A DNA stretch of 64,000 nucleotides from Hydrolagus colliei (lineage: Eukaryota), in NCBI GenBank assembly GCA_035084275.1, contig CM068764.1, positions 5,022,001 to 5,086,000 on the forward strand, given 5' to 3'. Of the stretch, positions 12,363 through 25,613 are shown in pieces. The position numbers and the translations under genes are program-made. The stretch's first letter is position 1, and every line of letters begins with the position of its first letter. The notes under the pieces are model-generated. The model was not told the origin of the DNA and did no database searches. It was given only the letters and a program-made list of their open reading frames with translations.

Positions 12363-13933
12363 TGAGGTCATGGAACTGAAACGTTGACCCACTTTCCTTT
12401 CTGCATAGATGCTGCCTGCTGCGTATTCCCATCGATCTCTGTTTTTGTTTCAGACAGTGAGCAAAGCCACACTAAAACTGTAGCCTAAAGTACATATTGT
12501 CAGTTATAATAAGCTAGCGACTACAACTGGTAACTATATACACTGTCTAACAATATGAACACTGGTAATTTTTTTTAAAAATCCTTGAACACTGAAGACC
12601 ACCCAATTATTTATCATTTTGGTTTAGAGCTATGTCTGCAGTTAGAAACTCAGCGTTGAGCCACACAGAGAGGTCATAAAATAAATAGGGGAGTGGGGGG
12701 AATGAGAGGGATAAATAAGAAAGATAGTAGCAGATCTAAAAGGGAGATGAGGGACTTCTTTACACAGTGGGTGGCAAGAATTTGGAAGCTGTGGTAAATG
12801 CATTAACGTACCTAATGATTATACTAGGGACAAGGTTATAGAGGGGTGTGGGAAGGGAAGATTTGGAGGGGTCGAGACTCATGTGAAATAGACGCAAGGA
12901 CTAATTGGCTGAATGGCCCACTTCCATGCTGTAAGGTCCTACGTAACTCTATGCCTTTGGGATATTGGGTTCTCCCACTTAAATCTAAGAAGACATAGCA
13001 AACAGCAAGTAAGCTTTGTTTGGCTGCCTGGTGCTAGATACTAGTGGATGTCTCAACAGCAGCAACAACTTGCATTTATATAGCCATCTTCAAGTGGGGC
13101 AGCATCCCATAGCGCTTATAGACGTTTCAGTTTTTAGCTAGTCGACACAGCTGCAGGCAGCCACCAGCAAAACCTTCCAGCGGCCAAGGAATTAAGTTTT
13201 GTCGTTAACAGTCAACAGTCTCGCTTCAATATGCATCAATTCCGTTTGTGGAAAAGTACATTCTTCTATGGAAAGATACTTGGAAAAAGGCACTGCATGA
13301 GAAAGCAAACCAAACCCTCGCTGTAAACAATTACACTGTTCTATACTCTGGACATTCCTGTGGAAATTATTTTGAATATTTAGAAACACCGTCTCAGAAA
13401 AATACATCCAACATCAAAAGGGGGTGGGTGGGGGGTGTGGTGGGGGGAGAGGAACTCTATGGAAATGTTGATGCCCACATAGGGGCTTCTATGGAAATAG
13501 CAGGAGCCTGTCAGAGCTTGCCTCCATGGAAATATAGCAGATCACTGACAAACTCTTGGAAAGATGTATTCATGCAAATATTAACGTGGTGTCCAAGGAC
13601 AAATGTTTCTATGAGAGCTTTGGCACGCCGCCTTGTGGCAGAATGAAAAGGTGGCAGACCGCAGTGCCTACAACTGCTTCCTCACACAGCGAGTTCTCCA
13701 TCTCAGCCGTGCCATCAGCGGAGGTGAGAGGCAGAGGCCAGTCATTTCCTCAGAGGAAGGGTGGAACGAAAGGATACCAGAGCAAGCTACTAAACTTTGG
13801 GGCCAAAAATGCATACTCCTGCCTGGTAAAAGGTGCTTTAGTTACTCTTAGTCATCGCGCAAACTGTGTGTTTTTTTTCCTCCCAAAAGAATGGCTGATC
13901 AAATCAGTCACTGTCCCCAGTGCTTATACTCAC

Positions 13934-14016
13934 TGGCTGAATGTGTCCATCTCCCCGGCCAGGTTGATCCTTTCCACCAGATTTACATCCACTTTCTCTT
14001 TCAGTTTCTCTTCAAG
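13934..14016 (-). CDS. VPS53: VPS53 exon 16, 83 nt, LEEKLKEKVDVNLVERINLAGEMDTFS(Q)
   Basis: Conserved peptide; tctctgaaag| acceptor (AAG type), |gtgagt donor; phase 0-2. Confidence 0.95.
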
Positions 14017-14809
14017 CTTTCAGAGAAATTGGAAATGTCAATAACCGGCAAACAACAACAATAAAAACAATTTATATTGGCACAGCGGTTTTCACATCCC
14101 AAGGCGCTGGACAGTTAAGGATTCGCACCCAAGATGGTCAACTTTACAGCAAAGTAAACTGCATAGGATTCACAATGGAACACTCCACAGTTCCTCGATG
14201 TCACAAGTATCAATGCTTTGAGTTCGCCAGTAAGCAACAAGGTTCTTTCTTGAGAACAAACCTGGTATGTTCAATGTTCCCAGTTGTACACCACAATCTG
14301 CTTGTGGTATAAGCATCAAATTCATTTCAAATTAATATTCTGCTAAAAGCAAAAATTATTTTTAAGTACTGTTGGGGTAGCTGAACTTTCCAAGCGGTGG
14401 ACTTTTAATAATCTCACAAAATGACTGAAGTTACTGAGGCACCATATCATTTTTGTTTAACTCTGCTGCAGATATTTGCAGAAGTGCAACGCGAAATGCT
14501 TAGCATCATTTCTGCTGTACTCATAACAGTTGCTGTTATTTTGATTCACTCAGTTGATGTGAGAAGTCCAAAAATACAAGACATTAATCCCTCGTTGATA
14601 ATCAGGGTGTCTGATCTGATCCAATCGCACGGAATTAAGGTTCTATATTTCAAGTTTACATTCCGCTGCAGATTCCCCTGTGGGATGGATGCCTCTAGCA
14701 CTAGATTCCACAAAGTCTAGTCCATCTCAGAACCCATTCTATAGCCATTGAAATCCCTCTGAACACTTTGCCTCACTGACTGCTGACACTCAGGTTGTGC
14801 TGAATTGGA

Positions 14810-15111
14810 AATAATGATAATAATACTTGCATTTGATAAAGTGCTTTTCACGTCTTCTAGACGTTTCAAAGCCCTTCGCGGAATATACCATATAGTGAAT
14901 TGACTGTTTATTTGTGGGCAAAATGTGGCAGCCAATTACGCACAGCAGTGTCCCCACAAACAGTCGTGGATTGAAATGATCAATTTTTATTATTTTTTTG
15001 AGGGATTATGATCAGGCGTGTGGAGTAAGGAAACTGGCCACCTGGAAACTGGTTTCACCCTGCCTGGAATCGAACCCAGGCAAGTACTCTAACCACTCAG
15101 CTACAGGACTC
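14810..15111 (-). mobile_element. Full-length tRNA/L2-tail SINE
   Basis: Consensus head, body and tail. Confidence 0.9.
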
Positions 15112-16159
15112 GTTAACTGGGGGGAGGCCATGATTTACCTTAAAATATATACAGGGTGACCAAAAAGGTCATATCACCATTAAAATGTTTAATTATTGTT
15201 TTAGATAATAGGGTAGTAATTACAACTTTTTAGTCAATCTGTACACATTAAGTGAGTGAAACCCCTACAGAATGCGCATTATCATTTTTGCAGAAAAACC
15301 GCAAGTTAAGGTGCCTTTCTTTGAGCGTAATGTAACCAATGAAAACTGGCAATGACTATGCTGGGTTTTTAAGTGTAACCCTTCTGCTGAGGTCTAAAAC
15401 TATATGAATCGGGTGCAACTTGGAACTCCTTTTACTGCAGTGGAATTCTCTCCTTCGATCAATTATGTGAATGGTGTTATACCACAGCTACAACTGTACA
15501 GATGTTAACCACAGGTGCTTTTGAGCAAGCGAGATTTGCGAAGTAAGAGAAGCCAGGTTAGCACACAAAAGTTTCAGAAAGTGAAAAAATTAATAAAAGG
15601 ACACAAACATTGTGTTTGACTCAGAAGGCTCACTCCCAACACATATTAATTTAAAAGCCATTATATAAAACAAACGATGGTGAACTTAAACACTATCCTT
15701 GCTTTCAACCCATTCAATACCTGCACTTGGGGGGGAAAAAAAAGTCAGTCACATGAACTTTGGCAAGGGGGTGGAGCTGTCACCTATCAGTCTAGAGAGA
15801 TTAATTAAGCCACACTGTCAGAACGAAACAAGTATCTTAAGACATTCAAAGTTATTGACCATCTCTGGAGATATTGATTCAATTCCTTTACACTGTTGAG
15901 ACTCAGTCAAACTCTCAAAACTTGCACCCAATTGAAGCGCAGGGAAAAATCTGTCAGAGTATTCATTCCTGGTTACCATCCAATGACCGCTGACTGCGGA
16001 GGTGAGGCTGGGATGTCCTCTGTGGTCACATAGTCTGCCAATACTTGGGTTAATGTCTTGGCTTACATGTCAAGAATTGGCATTTGAGTGAGCTGCAATT
16101 TCTGGTCCGGTTCCACCAACAATAACATTCAACTGAGGCAGTGGAACATTGTTGTGGCA

Positions 16160-16685
16160 ACAACAAAATGACTGCCTTATAGTGCCTTTCACATCAGGGG
16201 GACATCCCAAGGTGCTGGACAGTTATTGTTTCAGACCCGAGCTGGGGTCGGGGACAAAGAGGGTGGAGGGAAAGGGGGTGATTTGGGGTGACCAATGCGA
16301 CCGTCGAAGAGGCAGGACTTGAAAGAAGCCAGGGAGAGGGAGAGATGGAGGGACTGCGAGATGGAGTTCCAGAGGTTGGGGGCAGAGTGGCTGAAGGTGG
16401 AGTGGGTGGGTCGTGGGACATGGGAGCAGGCCGGAGCCTGCTGAGCAGAGGGGGCGGGCAGGTTGGTAGGGGGTTAGGAGGTCACAAATCTAGGGTGGGG
16501 CGAGGACTTGGAGAGCTTTAAATGTGAGGACCAGGATCTTGAATTGGATCCTCTGGATGATGGGGAGCCAATGGAGTTGGGCGAGGGTGGGGGAGATGGG
16601 AGTCACAAAGCTTGGAGCGGTGGAAGACAAAGGCCACAGAGTTCTGGATTATCTGCAGCCTGCAGAGGGAGGAATTGGGAAGGCC
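16160..16685 (-). mobile_element. L2 LINE 3' fragment: ORF2 C-terminus, pyrimidine-rich 3' UTR and TTG tail
   Basis: Minus strand encodes [17 protein letters not shown]...[25 protein letters not shown] (classic L2 C-terminal motif, with frameshift/stop). Ends ...cagcaccttgggatgtcc...gtgaaaggcactat...ttttgttg. Confidence 0.88.
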
Positions 16686-16820
16686 GATAACAACAACAAC
16701 AAAAAGAAAATACACAGTGTTTTCGTCTGGCTCCCCAATAACAAAGCAAAGTGATTTGTCACCAAACGTAGACTTCCGTAATGAATCAAAACAACGGCAA
16801 CCGTTGCGGCGCAGGCTCAC

Positions 16821-16968
16821 CTGCTGCGTGGTCGCTAAGCAGTACTCAGCTGTGCTGAGGATGCTACAAATGAGGCAGAGCTCCTCCACTGTGAACTTTG
16901 CTGCCTCCGATCCCTCCTTCTCTTTCAGCAGGCTGGAAATGGTCAACCCTCCACTGCTGCTGGTGTTT
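16821..16968 (-). CDS. VPS53: VPS53 exon 15, 148 nt, [49 protein letters not shown]
   Basis: Overlaps ORF 16518..16946; gtcag| acceptor, |gtgagc donor; phase 2-0. Confidence 0.97.
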
Positions 16969-17119
16969 CTGACGGGAGATAATTCACCAAATGATAGTTG
17001 ACAATCAGAGTCAAGGTTAGTTGGCCGAACGCTCAGCGCATTTCTTCTAACTAAAGAACTAAACGCTATTCAAGGATCATGGCTAAAATATAATAGTTTC
17101 AGAGAGAGCTGTGACAATA

Positions 17120-17435
17120 AATAATACTAATAATAATCCTTGAATTTGATGTACTGTACTGCTTTTCGCAACTGCTAGACATCTCAAAGCAATCCATAGA
17201 ATATACTGCAATGTAAATTCACTGTACATATTTGTGTATGAAACGTGACAGCCAATTGTGCACAGCAGTGTCCCACAAACAGTCGTGGATTGAAATGACC
17301 AATTTTGTTTTAGGGGGATTATTATTAGGCTGTGGAGTAAGGAAATCGGCCTAAGGTTTCTCCCTGCATGGAATCAAACCCAGGTCTGTCACACTTGCGA
17401 GGCGAGTGCTCTAACCACTGAGCTATAGGACTCCA
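17120..17435 (-). mobile_element. Full-length tRNA/L2-tail SINE in the short intron between exons 14 and 15
   Basis: Consensus head, body and tail. Confidence 0.9.
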
Positions 17436-17514
17436 CGATAAGGTACTATATCCAATTGCAAGGATTATGGATCATCTTTATTAAGATAATTATTAATATT
17501 TCATTTCACACTCA

Positions 17515-17874
<360 letters not shown>

Positions 17875-19027
17875 CTATTTTCTGCACCCACTCTTACCCT
17901 TCGGTAGATATTGGACTAACTTTTTCCTTCCACTATGCTTTCATGCACATCTCGCCCAAGCATACAACCCGCCTTGCGAGATTAGATTCTACTCTTGCAG
18001 ACTAATCAAGAGCAATCCCGCTATCAAACACTCAAACATGCTTTCCAGTGACAGTGGCGAAATAGCAAACAAGAACAGAAGCCCTTGAAACCACGTACCA
18101 CAACAGCTGAGATCAGCTAACTTGGTACAAAGCAGAGATCAAAACTGTGAGACTTGGCTCCCACTGAGTAAACTTGCCGAGCTATCAAGAATCCTTTCTA
18201 CTTGTAATCGCTGACTGAGAAAACACTATTTATTAACCGTAAGCACACTATAAACTACAGATGGATATGATATTTCCCTAACACATAGCGATAACAAACC
18301 TGATATTGCTGCAGGTCAAATCCCAGTGATCTGGCATTTGCTATCCACTTATATGCTCCCTGCCAGCAAAAATACTTCTCAAAGTATAGAATAAACGTTC
18401 TCCCGCCACTAATTCTATGAAGTCAATCCAATCCTTCAATGTGTTATTGCCTTGTAACGCACTCCAAACCATATGTTTCGCATAGCTTTTAGTTTGAACT
18501 CAAATAACAGTCCGTGCTTTACATCTGTTATTCCCCCTCTCTCTCCCCCCACACCCACCAACCCCAATAAAAACAAGATTAAGTCTTTCTGTTTCCAGTT
18601 AAATACTGATACACCAAAACCATACTTGCTTAGAAACCGGCCCTCCATTGATCTGGAAGGCAAGTGGCTGTTTTGATCATTTAAGTGATCTTGTGGGATA
18701 ACTTGGAACAAGCCAGGTTCCAAAGGCAATGGCAACTGCATCGTCAGCTCAATTCTACCCAGTTTGGCAAAGGCACCAGATGAAACAATGCCACTGAATG
18801 GTTAGCTACGGAAAATGCGCATGGAAAGAATAGCCTTTAAGAAAGGTTGGATTTCATATAAAATAAATATCCTTGCATCAAGCCATTCTGGCTGCAGTTT
18901 CTTCGCCTAAAAAGATCCTTTTCACAAGTCTGAACTAGAAAGCTAGTGGCACAGCCCTCGGAACAGGAACTTCAACCAGAGAAAATAGGAACAATCACAG
19001 TAAATCTTATGAAGCGCTGCAAGTTGT

Positions 19028-19470
19028 GTGTAGCCTATTGGTTAGAGCCTCGCAAGCGAGATGACCTGGGCTTGATTCCTGAACAGGGTGAAACCCTGTG
19101 CAAGCTTCCTTACTCCATACTTTGATTCCTCTTAGCAGTGAGAAATTAGAGTAAGCCAATAATAAGCTAATTGTGCAATTGGCTGCCACGATTCGCCCAC
19201 AAATATACACTCGATACACTTCACAGTACAGTTTGTGAAGTACATTGAGACGTCTTGAAGAAGTGAAAAGTGCTATGTCAAATACAAGACACTATTATTA
19301 TTATAATCCTTGCAATTGAAATGACACCTTATCACATTTTTGAGATGTCTCATAGCGCTTCACAGGATATAATGTAAAGTGCACTGACTGTATATTTTTT
19401 GAGTGAAACGCAGCAGCCAACTGCACACAGCAATGTCCCACAAACAGTCGTGGATTGAGTGACCAAATTA
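19028..19470. mobile_element. Tail-to-tail SINE pair (+ 19028-19303; - 19300-19470)
   Basis: Both copies converge on the shared tattattattataat junction. Confidence 0.8.
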
Positions 19471-20167
19471 TTTGTATTTATTTTGAACGGAGGAAGATGC
19501 ACTTCCAATCAAGCATCTAGCGATTATATTTGGAACAGCAATAAATAGCGATCAGACATTGGAAACCTTGAGATATCTTGGGATATGGTCGGAATGTGGA
19601 AAGATCAGATAATGCCTTTTTGGGAAGAATCCAGGAATTTTTTTCTCCTTTTAAAACTTTTTTTTCATTTTAAAAAAAGGGATATGGTTCATCTGGCATG
19701 CAGATCTTCCAAATGGTCGACCGCCTTTTAAGGCACACTCAGTGAAGTGTGTTGTGAGCGGCATTATATCCTGCAGCATGTGCTGAAAAATACATTGTAT
19801 ATCTCTCTCAATGCCTTTTCAATTTATTAACTGGCTTCTGAAAGCAGGCCGCCACCAACGCCAGATCAATTAATGTGGATGTTGGAAGATAATTCTTTAA
19901 ATATATTCCACCTTGGCTCTCAGCCCTGCTTCTCCCATCCCTGCCCCCCCCTCCCTCCCTCCGCTTTCCCCCCCCCACTACCACATCCCCGTCGCGCTGA
20001 AACTGAGGAGCAGCAGGGATGAGGATTGCTGCCAGATGAAGCTCTGTAAAGAATCATATTTCAGTGTCTAGCCTTAAAAAGCAAGGTTGAGACAATGGCC
20101 AACGTTAAGGCTTTCTCAAGAAAAAAAGCTGCAATTCTTCCTTAAAATTTGGACACTGAGATAAATA

Positions 20168-20430
20168 AAAATAATAATACTTGCATTTGAAATAGCACTT
20201 TTTTTGTCTTCTAGACGTCTCAAAGCACTTCACAGAATATAACTGTGAAGTGAATTGACTGTATATTTTGTGGACTAAACTCAGCAGCCAATTGCACACA
20301 GCAGTGTTCCACAAATAATCATGGATTGAAATGACCAATTTATTTTGGAGTGATTATTCAGCAAAAGGAAACCTGCCAAAGGTTTCTCCCTGCCTGGAAT
20401 CGAATCCAGGTCTCTCGTTTGCAAGGCGAT
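20168..20430 (-). mobile_element. tRNA/L2-tail SINE; a second 3'-half copy lies at about 20782-20970
   Basis: Consensus match. Confidence 0.85.
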
Positions 20431-21925
20431 GTAGCTCTCATCTTGTGGAAAGCTACAGGACAGTGTTTTAAAATCCTAGAATCAGCCCCTAGCCCTATCT
20501 CAGTATCCTCTGGGTAGGAATCCTTTAAAGTCTCTGTCAGTGTTTCTCTTAGAGAGTGTCCTTTTTTCAGAGGACACCAGCCAGGAATAGGTCAGTGCAA
20601 ATATGGAAGAATATGCACAAGTCTCTGTGGTGTAAAGTAATAACCCAAACTTCACTGCCCACTGGGGGAGCAGAGAGGAAAGATGGCAGAGAGAAAACAT
20701 TTTTTATAATTTGATGGGAACTGCGAGCAGACGTGTGCTCGAACAGATGGAGGCTTTGTTGAAACCTGTTCTATTTATTATCATAATACTAATAATACTA
20801 ATAATAATAATCCTTGCATTTGATATGGCGCTTGACATCTTCTAGACGTCTCAAAGCCCTTCACAGAATATACCGTAAAGAATATACTGTATATTTCGTG
20901 GATGAAACACAGCAACCAATTGTGTGCAGGAGTGTCCCACAAACAGTCGTGGATTGAAATGACCAATTAATCTTTTTAAAAACAGAATTATAACCCCAGG
21001 AAAAGCCATCCTCCAATTGACTAATTACCAGGCCCCTCCTTACTGCTCTAACCACTTTGCTACAGGTCTCCTGAGCTGAATTATTGCACCGAGATGGCTT
21101 TGTCTGCAGCCCGGCTTTTAAAAACTGGGGCCTTTCTGCAATCTGAAAGTTTGGCATTTTGCCCAAGAGAAGGGAAACTAGGCACATATGCTCTAGGGGT
21201 GTCTGGCCACAGAAAATTTCTGAAAATAAGTCCCAGCTATTTCTGGGAGATAGTCTCAAATGCACATTGGCAATTAGTGCTAAATTGGTCATACATTTAT
21301 CTATTCCTCCAGAGGCTCATCTGCTACATTTGAGTATAACCTTGGCAAAGAGGACTGGTTTGCAGGACAAAGGGAGGCACAAGTTTTTCCGGATTTTAAG
21401 ACAATGATAAATAAATACACCGGTTGATGTGTCAAATAAAAACGAGACAAATGCTGGGCACAGATTGCTGGTTGGAAAGTCAATGCGATCGCCGCGACCA
21501 GTGACTGCAATCGGGTTGGAGATTTTAAGGAATAGAATCAATAATAACTAGAAAATCAGATCGATAAAACAAGCAAATGTAAATGAGCGACTTCTATAAA
21601 CATGTCAACGGCTTGTAAATTAATGAGATAACAATGATAAGGCAATGAAAACCGGAGAGGAAATTGTGGGAAGGAAAAGGGGGGGTGGGAGAGGGAAACA
21701 CAAAGCCAGGAAGTCTATCCTGTTATGCTTATGCTAGTGAAAGTATAACATTAACCCTCAAATGACCACAGAAGTATTTTTCCAAAATAAAACAAAAAAG
21801 AATGGATTTTTTTAACAATGGTCAAATACTGTGAGTAAATATTTCACTCTGCCTCCTAATCCTCACTCTATATACCATGAAGCAAGTCCAGTTTTCTAAC
21901 AATACATTTACATAATCTGTATGTA

Positions 21926-24620
21926 ATTCATAGATTCATAGAATTTTACGGCACAAAAGGAGGCCATTCGGCCCATCTAGTCTGTGCCGGCTCTTTGAAA
22001 AGAGCGATTCAATCCCACTGCCCTGCCCGCTCCCCATAGCCTAATAGACCCGTTCTCCCTAAATAAAGATCTAATTCCCTTTTAAAAGTTGTTATCGAAT
22101 CAGCCTCCACCACCTTTTCAGGCAATGCATTCCAGATTCGAACAACTCGCTGAGTGAAAAAATTTCTCCTCAGCTCCCCTCTACTTCGCCTTGAAACTAT
22201 TTTAAATCTGTGACCACGAGTCACAGATTCACCCATGAGTGGAAATAGCTTTTCTCTATTTGCCCTGTCGAAACCCCTCATGACCTTATAAACCTCTATT
22301 AGGTCTCCCCTCAATCTTCTCTGCTGCAGAGAGAATAACCCTAGCCTATCTAGCCTCTCCTCATAGCTGAAGTCCCTCAATCCTGGCACCATCCTAGTAA
22401 ATCTTTGTTGTACCCTTTCCAATGCCTTCACATCCTTTCTGTAGTGTGGTGACCAGAATTGAACACAGTATTCCAGATGAGGCCTCACCAAAGTCCTATA
22501 GAGGTTAGTCAGCACTTCCTGACTTTTGTACTCTATACCCCTATTTATAAAGCCTAGTATCCCATATGCCTTCTTAACAGCCTTGTCTACCTGTCCTGCC
22601 ACCTTCAACGAGTCACTAACACAAATCCCCAGGTCTCTCTATTCCTTCACACCATTTAAAATTGTACTATCTAGCCTATATTGCCTCCCTTCATTTCTTC
22701 TCCCAAAATGCATCACCTCACACTTCTCTGCATTAAACTTCATCTGCCATGTGTCTGCCCACTTTACCAATTTGTCTATATCCTCTTGCAGATGGCTACT
22801 ATCCTCCTCACTATTTACTATTCTCCCTAACTTAGTGTCATCTGCAAACTTGGAAACTGTACTCCGTACACCCAAGTCCAGATCATTGATGTAGATTACA
22901 AACAGCAATGGTCCCAAAACTGATCCCTGTGGCACACCACTGCTCACTTCCCTCCAATCTGAAAAACAGCCGCTCACTATAACTCTCTGCTTTCTGTCTC
23001 GCAGCCAGTTGTGGATCCACGCTGCCACTGTCCCTTTTACGCCATGGGCCTTTAATTTCATAATAAGTCTCTCATGTGGCACTTTGTCAAATGCCTTTTG
23101 AAAGTCCATGTAAACTACATCAACTGCGCTACCATTATCCACCCATTCCGTTACCTCATCAAAAAATTCTATCAGATTTGTAAGGCAAGATTTGCCTTTA
23201 ACAAATCCATGTTGACTGTCCCTTATTAGCCTATATCTTTCTAAGTGAAGATCTACCTTGTCCCTGATTATGGACTCTAGAAGTTTGCCCACTACCGACG
23301 TTAGACTGACTGGTCTGTAGTTACCAGGTTTGTCCTTCTGCCCCTTTTTATACAAGGGAGTAACATTAGCTATCCTCCAGTCCTCTGGCACGACCCCTGT
23401 GTCCAAGGAAGATTGAAAGATCGTGGCCAGAGTCCCTGCTATTTGCTCCCGTGCCTCACTTAGTAACCTAGGGTGCATCCCATCCGGACCAGGTGACTTA
23501 TCCACCTTGAGCAACGTCAACCTTTTTAGAACTTCCTCTCTGGTTATAATTATTCTATCCATTTCTCCTACCCTCTCCTCTAATACCATGGCATTGGCTG
23601 TATCCTTTTCTTTTGTGAAGACAGAGGCGAAGTACTCATTCAGTACATCAGCCATGCCCTCTGCCTCCACAATGAGATTTCCTCCTACGTCCCTAATTGG
23701 CCCCACCCTATCCTTGACCAACCTTTTACTCTTAATATGTTGGTAAAAAACCTTAGGGTTCCCCTTAATCTTACTCGCTAATTGTTTTTCATGCAGTCTC
23801 TTTGCCCCTCTAACTTCCTTTTTTAGTTCTATCCTACACTTCCTATATTCTGCTTGGTTCCCTTCTGAATTTTGAGCCTGACACTTATCATAAGCCTCTT
23901 TTTTTTGTTTTATTTTGGCCCCGATTTCCTTAGTCATCCAGGGAGGTTTGGATGCCTTACATTTCACCTTTGTGGGGATGCTTTTGACCTGTGCCTGAAC
24001 TATCTCCTCTTTGAACGCTGCCCACTGCTCGTTAGTTGTCTTACCTGCCAATTTTTCTTTCCAATCCACCTTGGCTAGGTCCCACCTCAACTCATTGAAA
24101 TTAGCCCTTTTCCAGTTGAGTGTCCTCACCTGTGATCGTTCCTTATCCCTTTCCATAATTATTCTGAATCTAACGATATTGTGGTCACTATTCCCTAGAT
24201 GCTCACCTACAGAAACCTGTTGAACTTGCCCTACCTCATTTCCCAAAACTAGATCCAGCAATGCTTCTTTCCTCGTTGGACTGGAAACATACTGATCAAG
24301 AAAGTTGTCCTGCACACACTTCAGGAATTCTTCTCCCTCCTTGCCCTTTACTCTACTATTCTGCCAGTCTATGTTGGGATAGTTGAAGTCACCCATTATC
24401 ACTACTCTATTAGCTCTGCATTTCTCCGTGATACGCTTGAAGATCTGCTTGTCTATCTCCTCCCCACTATTTGGTGGTCTATAGTATACCCCTAACAGTG
24501 TAACTGCACCTTTTTTATTCCTCATTTCTAACCAGATAGATTCGGTTTTTAGTCCTTCTTCCACCTCGTTCCTTTCTAAGGCAGTCACTGAGTCCTTAAC
24601 TAAAATTGCCACCCCGCCCT
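21926..24620 (-). mobile_element. 5'-truncated young CR1-clade LINE: ORF2 (partial APE endonuclease + reverse transcriptase), short 3' UTR and (CTATGAAT)2 tail
   Basis: ORFs 22639..24612 and 22009..22608 are in one frame, separated by a single TAG at 22639-22641. APE motifs GVYYRPP, MGDFNYP, LDLVL, SDH. RT motifs KSPGPDG, NYRPVSLTS, QHGF, GVPQGSVLGP, KFADD. CR1 C-terminal LVRPHLEYCVQFWSP. 3' end gatgggccgaatggcctcc...ttctatg. Confidence 0.97.
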
Positions 24621-25287
24621 ATAATTGCCTATTATTTTTCGCAGTTCAACAAAGTTCCCATACGAAAAGCTAGCGAATAATTATGGATCGGCCTAAATCA
24701 GCTGAACAGCTCACTAGCTTTTTGGCTCGATAATTCAATGTTATTTGGGATATGATCATTTACTGTAAAACGCACAAACTATTTCAACACAAGATTGGGT
24801 TCTCCTGCCCCAAAAAATATTTCTCTTTAACGAGAATTGACCTTAAAATAGGAATCAGACACCCAAACTACAAAAAAAATCCCTGGTCTGCATTCAAAGG
24901 ATACCATTATGAGTCTGTTCCTAATAATGCACAGAGTGAGGTTCCTGTAATTTTCCCTTTTAATTTGTAACCATGGTTGAACTTGGATGTATTTCAACGC
25001 GTCTGGATTTATATTGAAACAAGCTGTGCTGGCCAGCTGGGAGAGTCTTCTGTTTATCTGTGTGTAAATCTCTGCCACTCTGTCATATCTTCACATGTCA
25101 ATCTGTTTTGGGCTCAGTCTCCAAGCCAGCGTCTCGCTCTCTGACCCTTGCTCCTCCTCTGTCGATAGCACTATCGAGCCTCGGCACCAGTGGTGACACA
25201 CACATAACATGAAATAAACATAGCTGTGCGTACATCAACTAACATAAACTGAGCGGATGTTTAGATTCAGCAAAGACATACATAAGT

Positions 25288-25613
25288 GGAGTCCTGTAGC
25301 TCAGTGGTTAGAGCACTTGCCTCACAAGCGGGAGACATGGGTTCAATTCAAGGTTGGGTGAAATCTCGGGCAAGTTTCCTTACTCCACATGCCTGATAAC
25401 AATTCTTCAAAAAAGCCCAATAATAAATTGGTCATTTCAATCCACGACTGTTTGTAGGGACACTGCTGTGCGCAATTGGCGGCCACATTGCACCCACAAA
25501 TATACAGTCAATTCACTTTACAGTATATTCTGTGAAGCGCTTTGAGACGTCTCGAAGACGTGAAAAGCACTGTATCAGATGCAAGGATTATTATTATTGT
25601 TATTATTATTATT
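25288..25613 (+). mobile_element. Full-length tRNA/L2-tail SINE
   Basis: gtcctgtagctcagtggttagagcac...gcaaggattattattattgttattattatt. Confidence 0.92.

Noticed and set aside
12365-12455. Fragment resembling a common shark repeat (tgaaacgttgac...atagatgctgcctg), possibly Penelope-related
   Set aside because: About 90 bp, single copy, family assignment unverifiable by eye.
13455-13565. CRISPR-like repeat-spacer array
   Set aside because: Repeats are only 6-10 bp, the context is a vertebrate intron and there are no cas genes. Kept only as a motif cluster.
13556-14044. Longer non-repeat ORFs (162 aa here; also 52329-52799, 11643-12050, 27998-28408)
   Set aside because: No recognisable domain or splice context. 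One is antisense to an exon and one overlaps an old repeat; lengths are compatible with chance.
15149-15380. Possible Tc1/mariner end (ta-cagggtgaccaaaaagg)
   Set aside because: No matching opposite terminal repeat or transposase found; too weak to call.
22526-24223. Plus-strand ORFs of 68-122 aa
   Set aside because: Antisense shadows of the CR1 ORF2.
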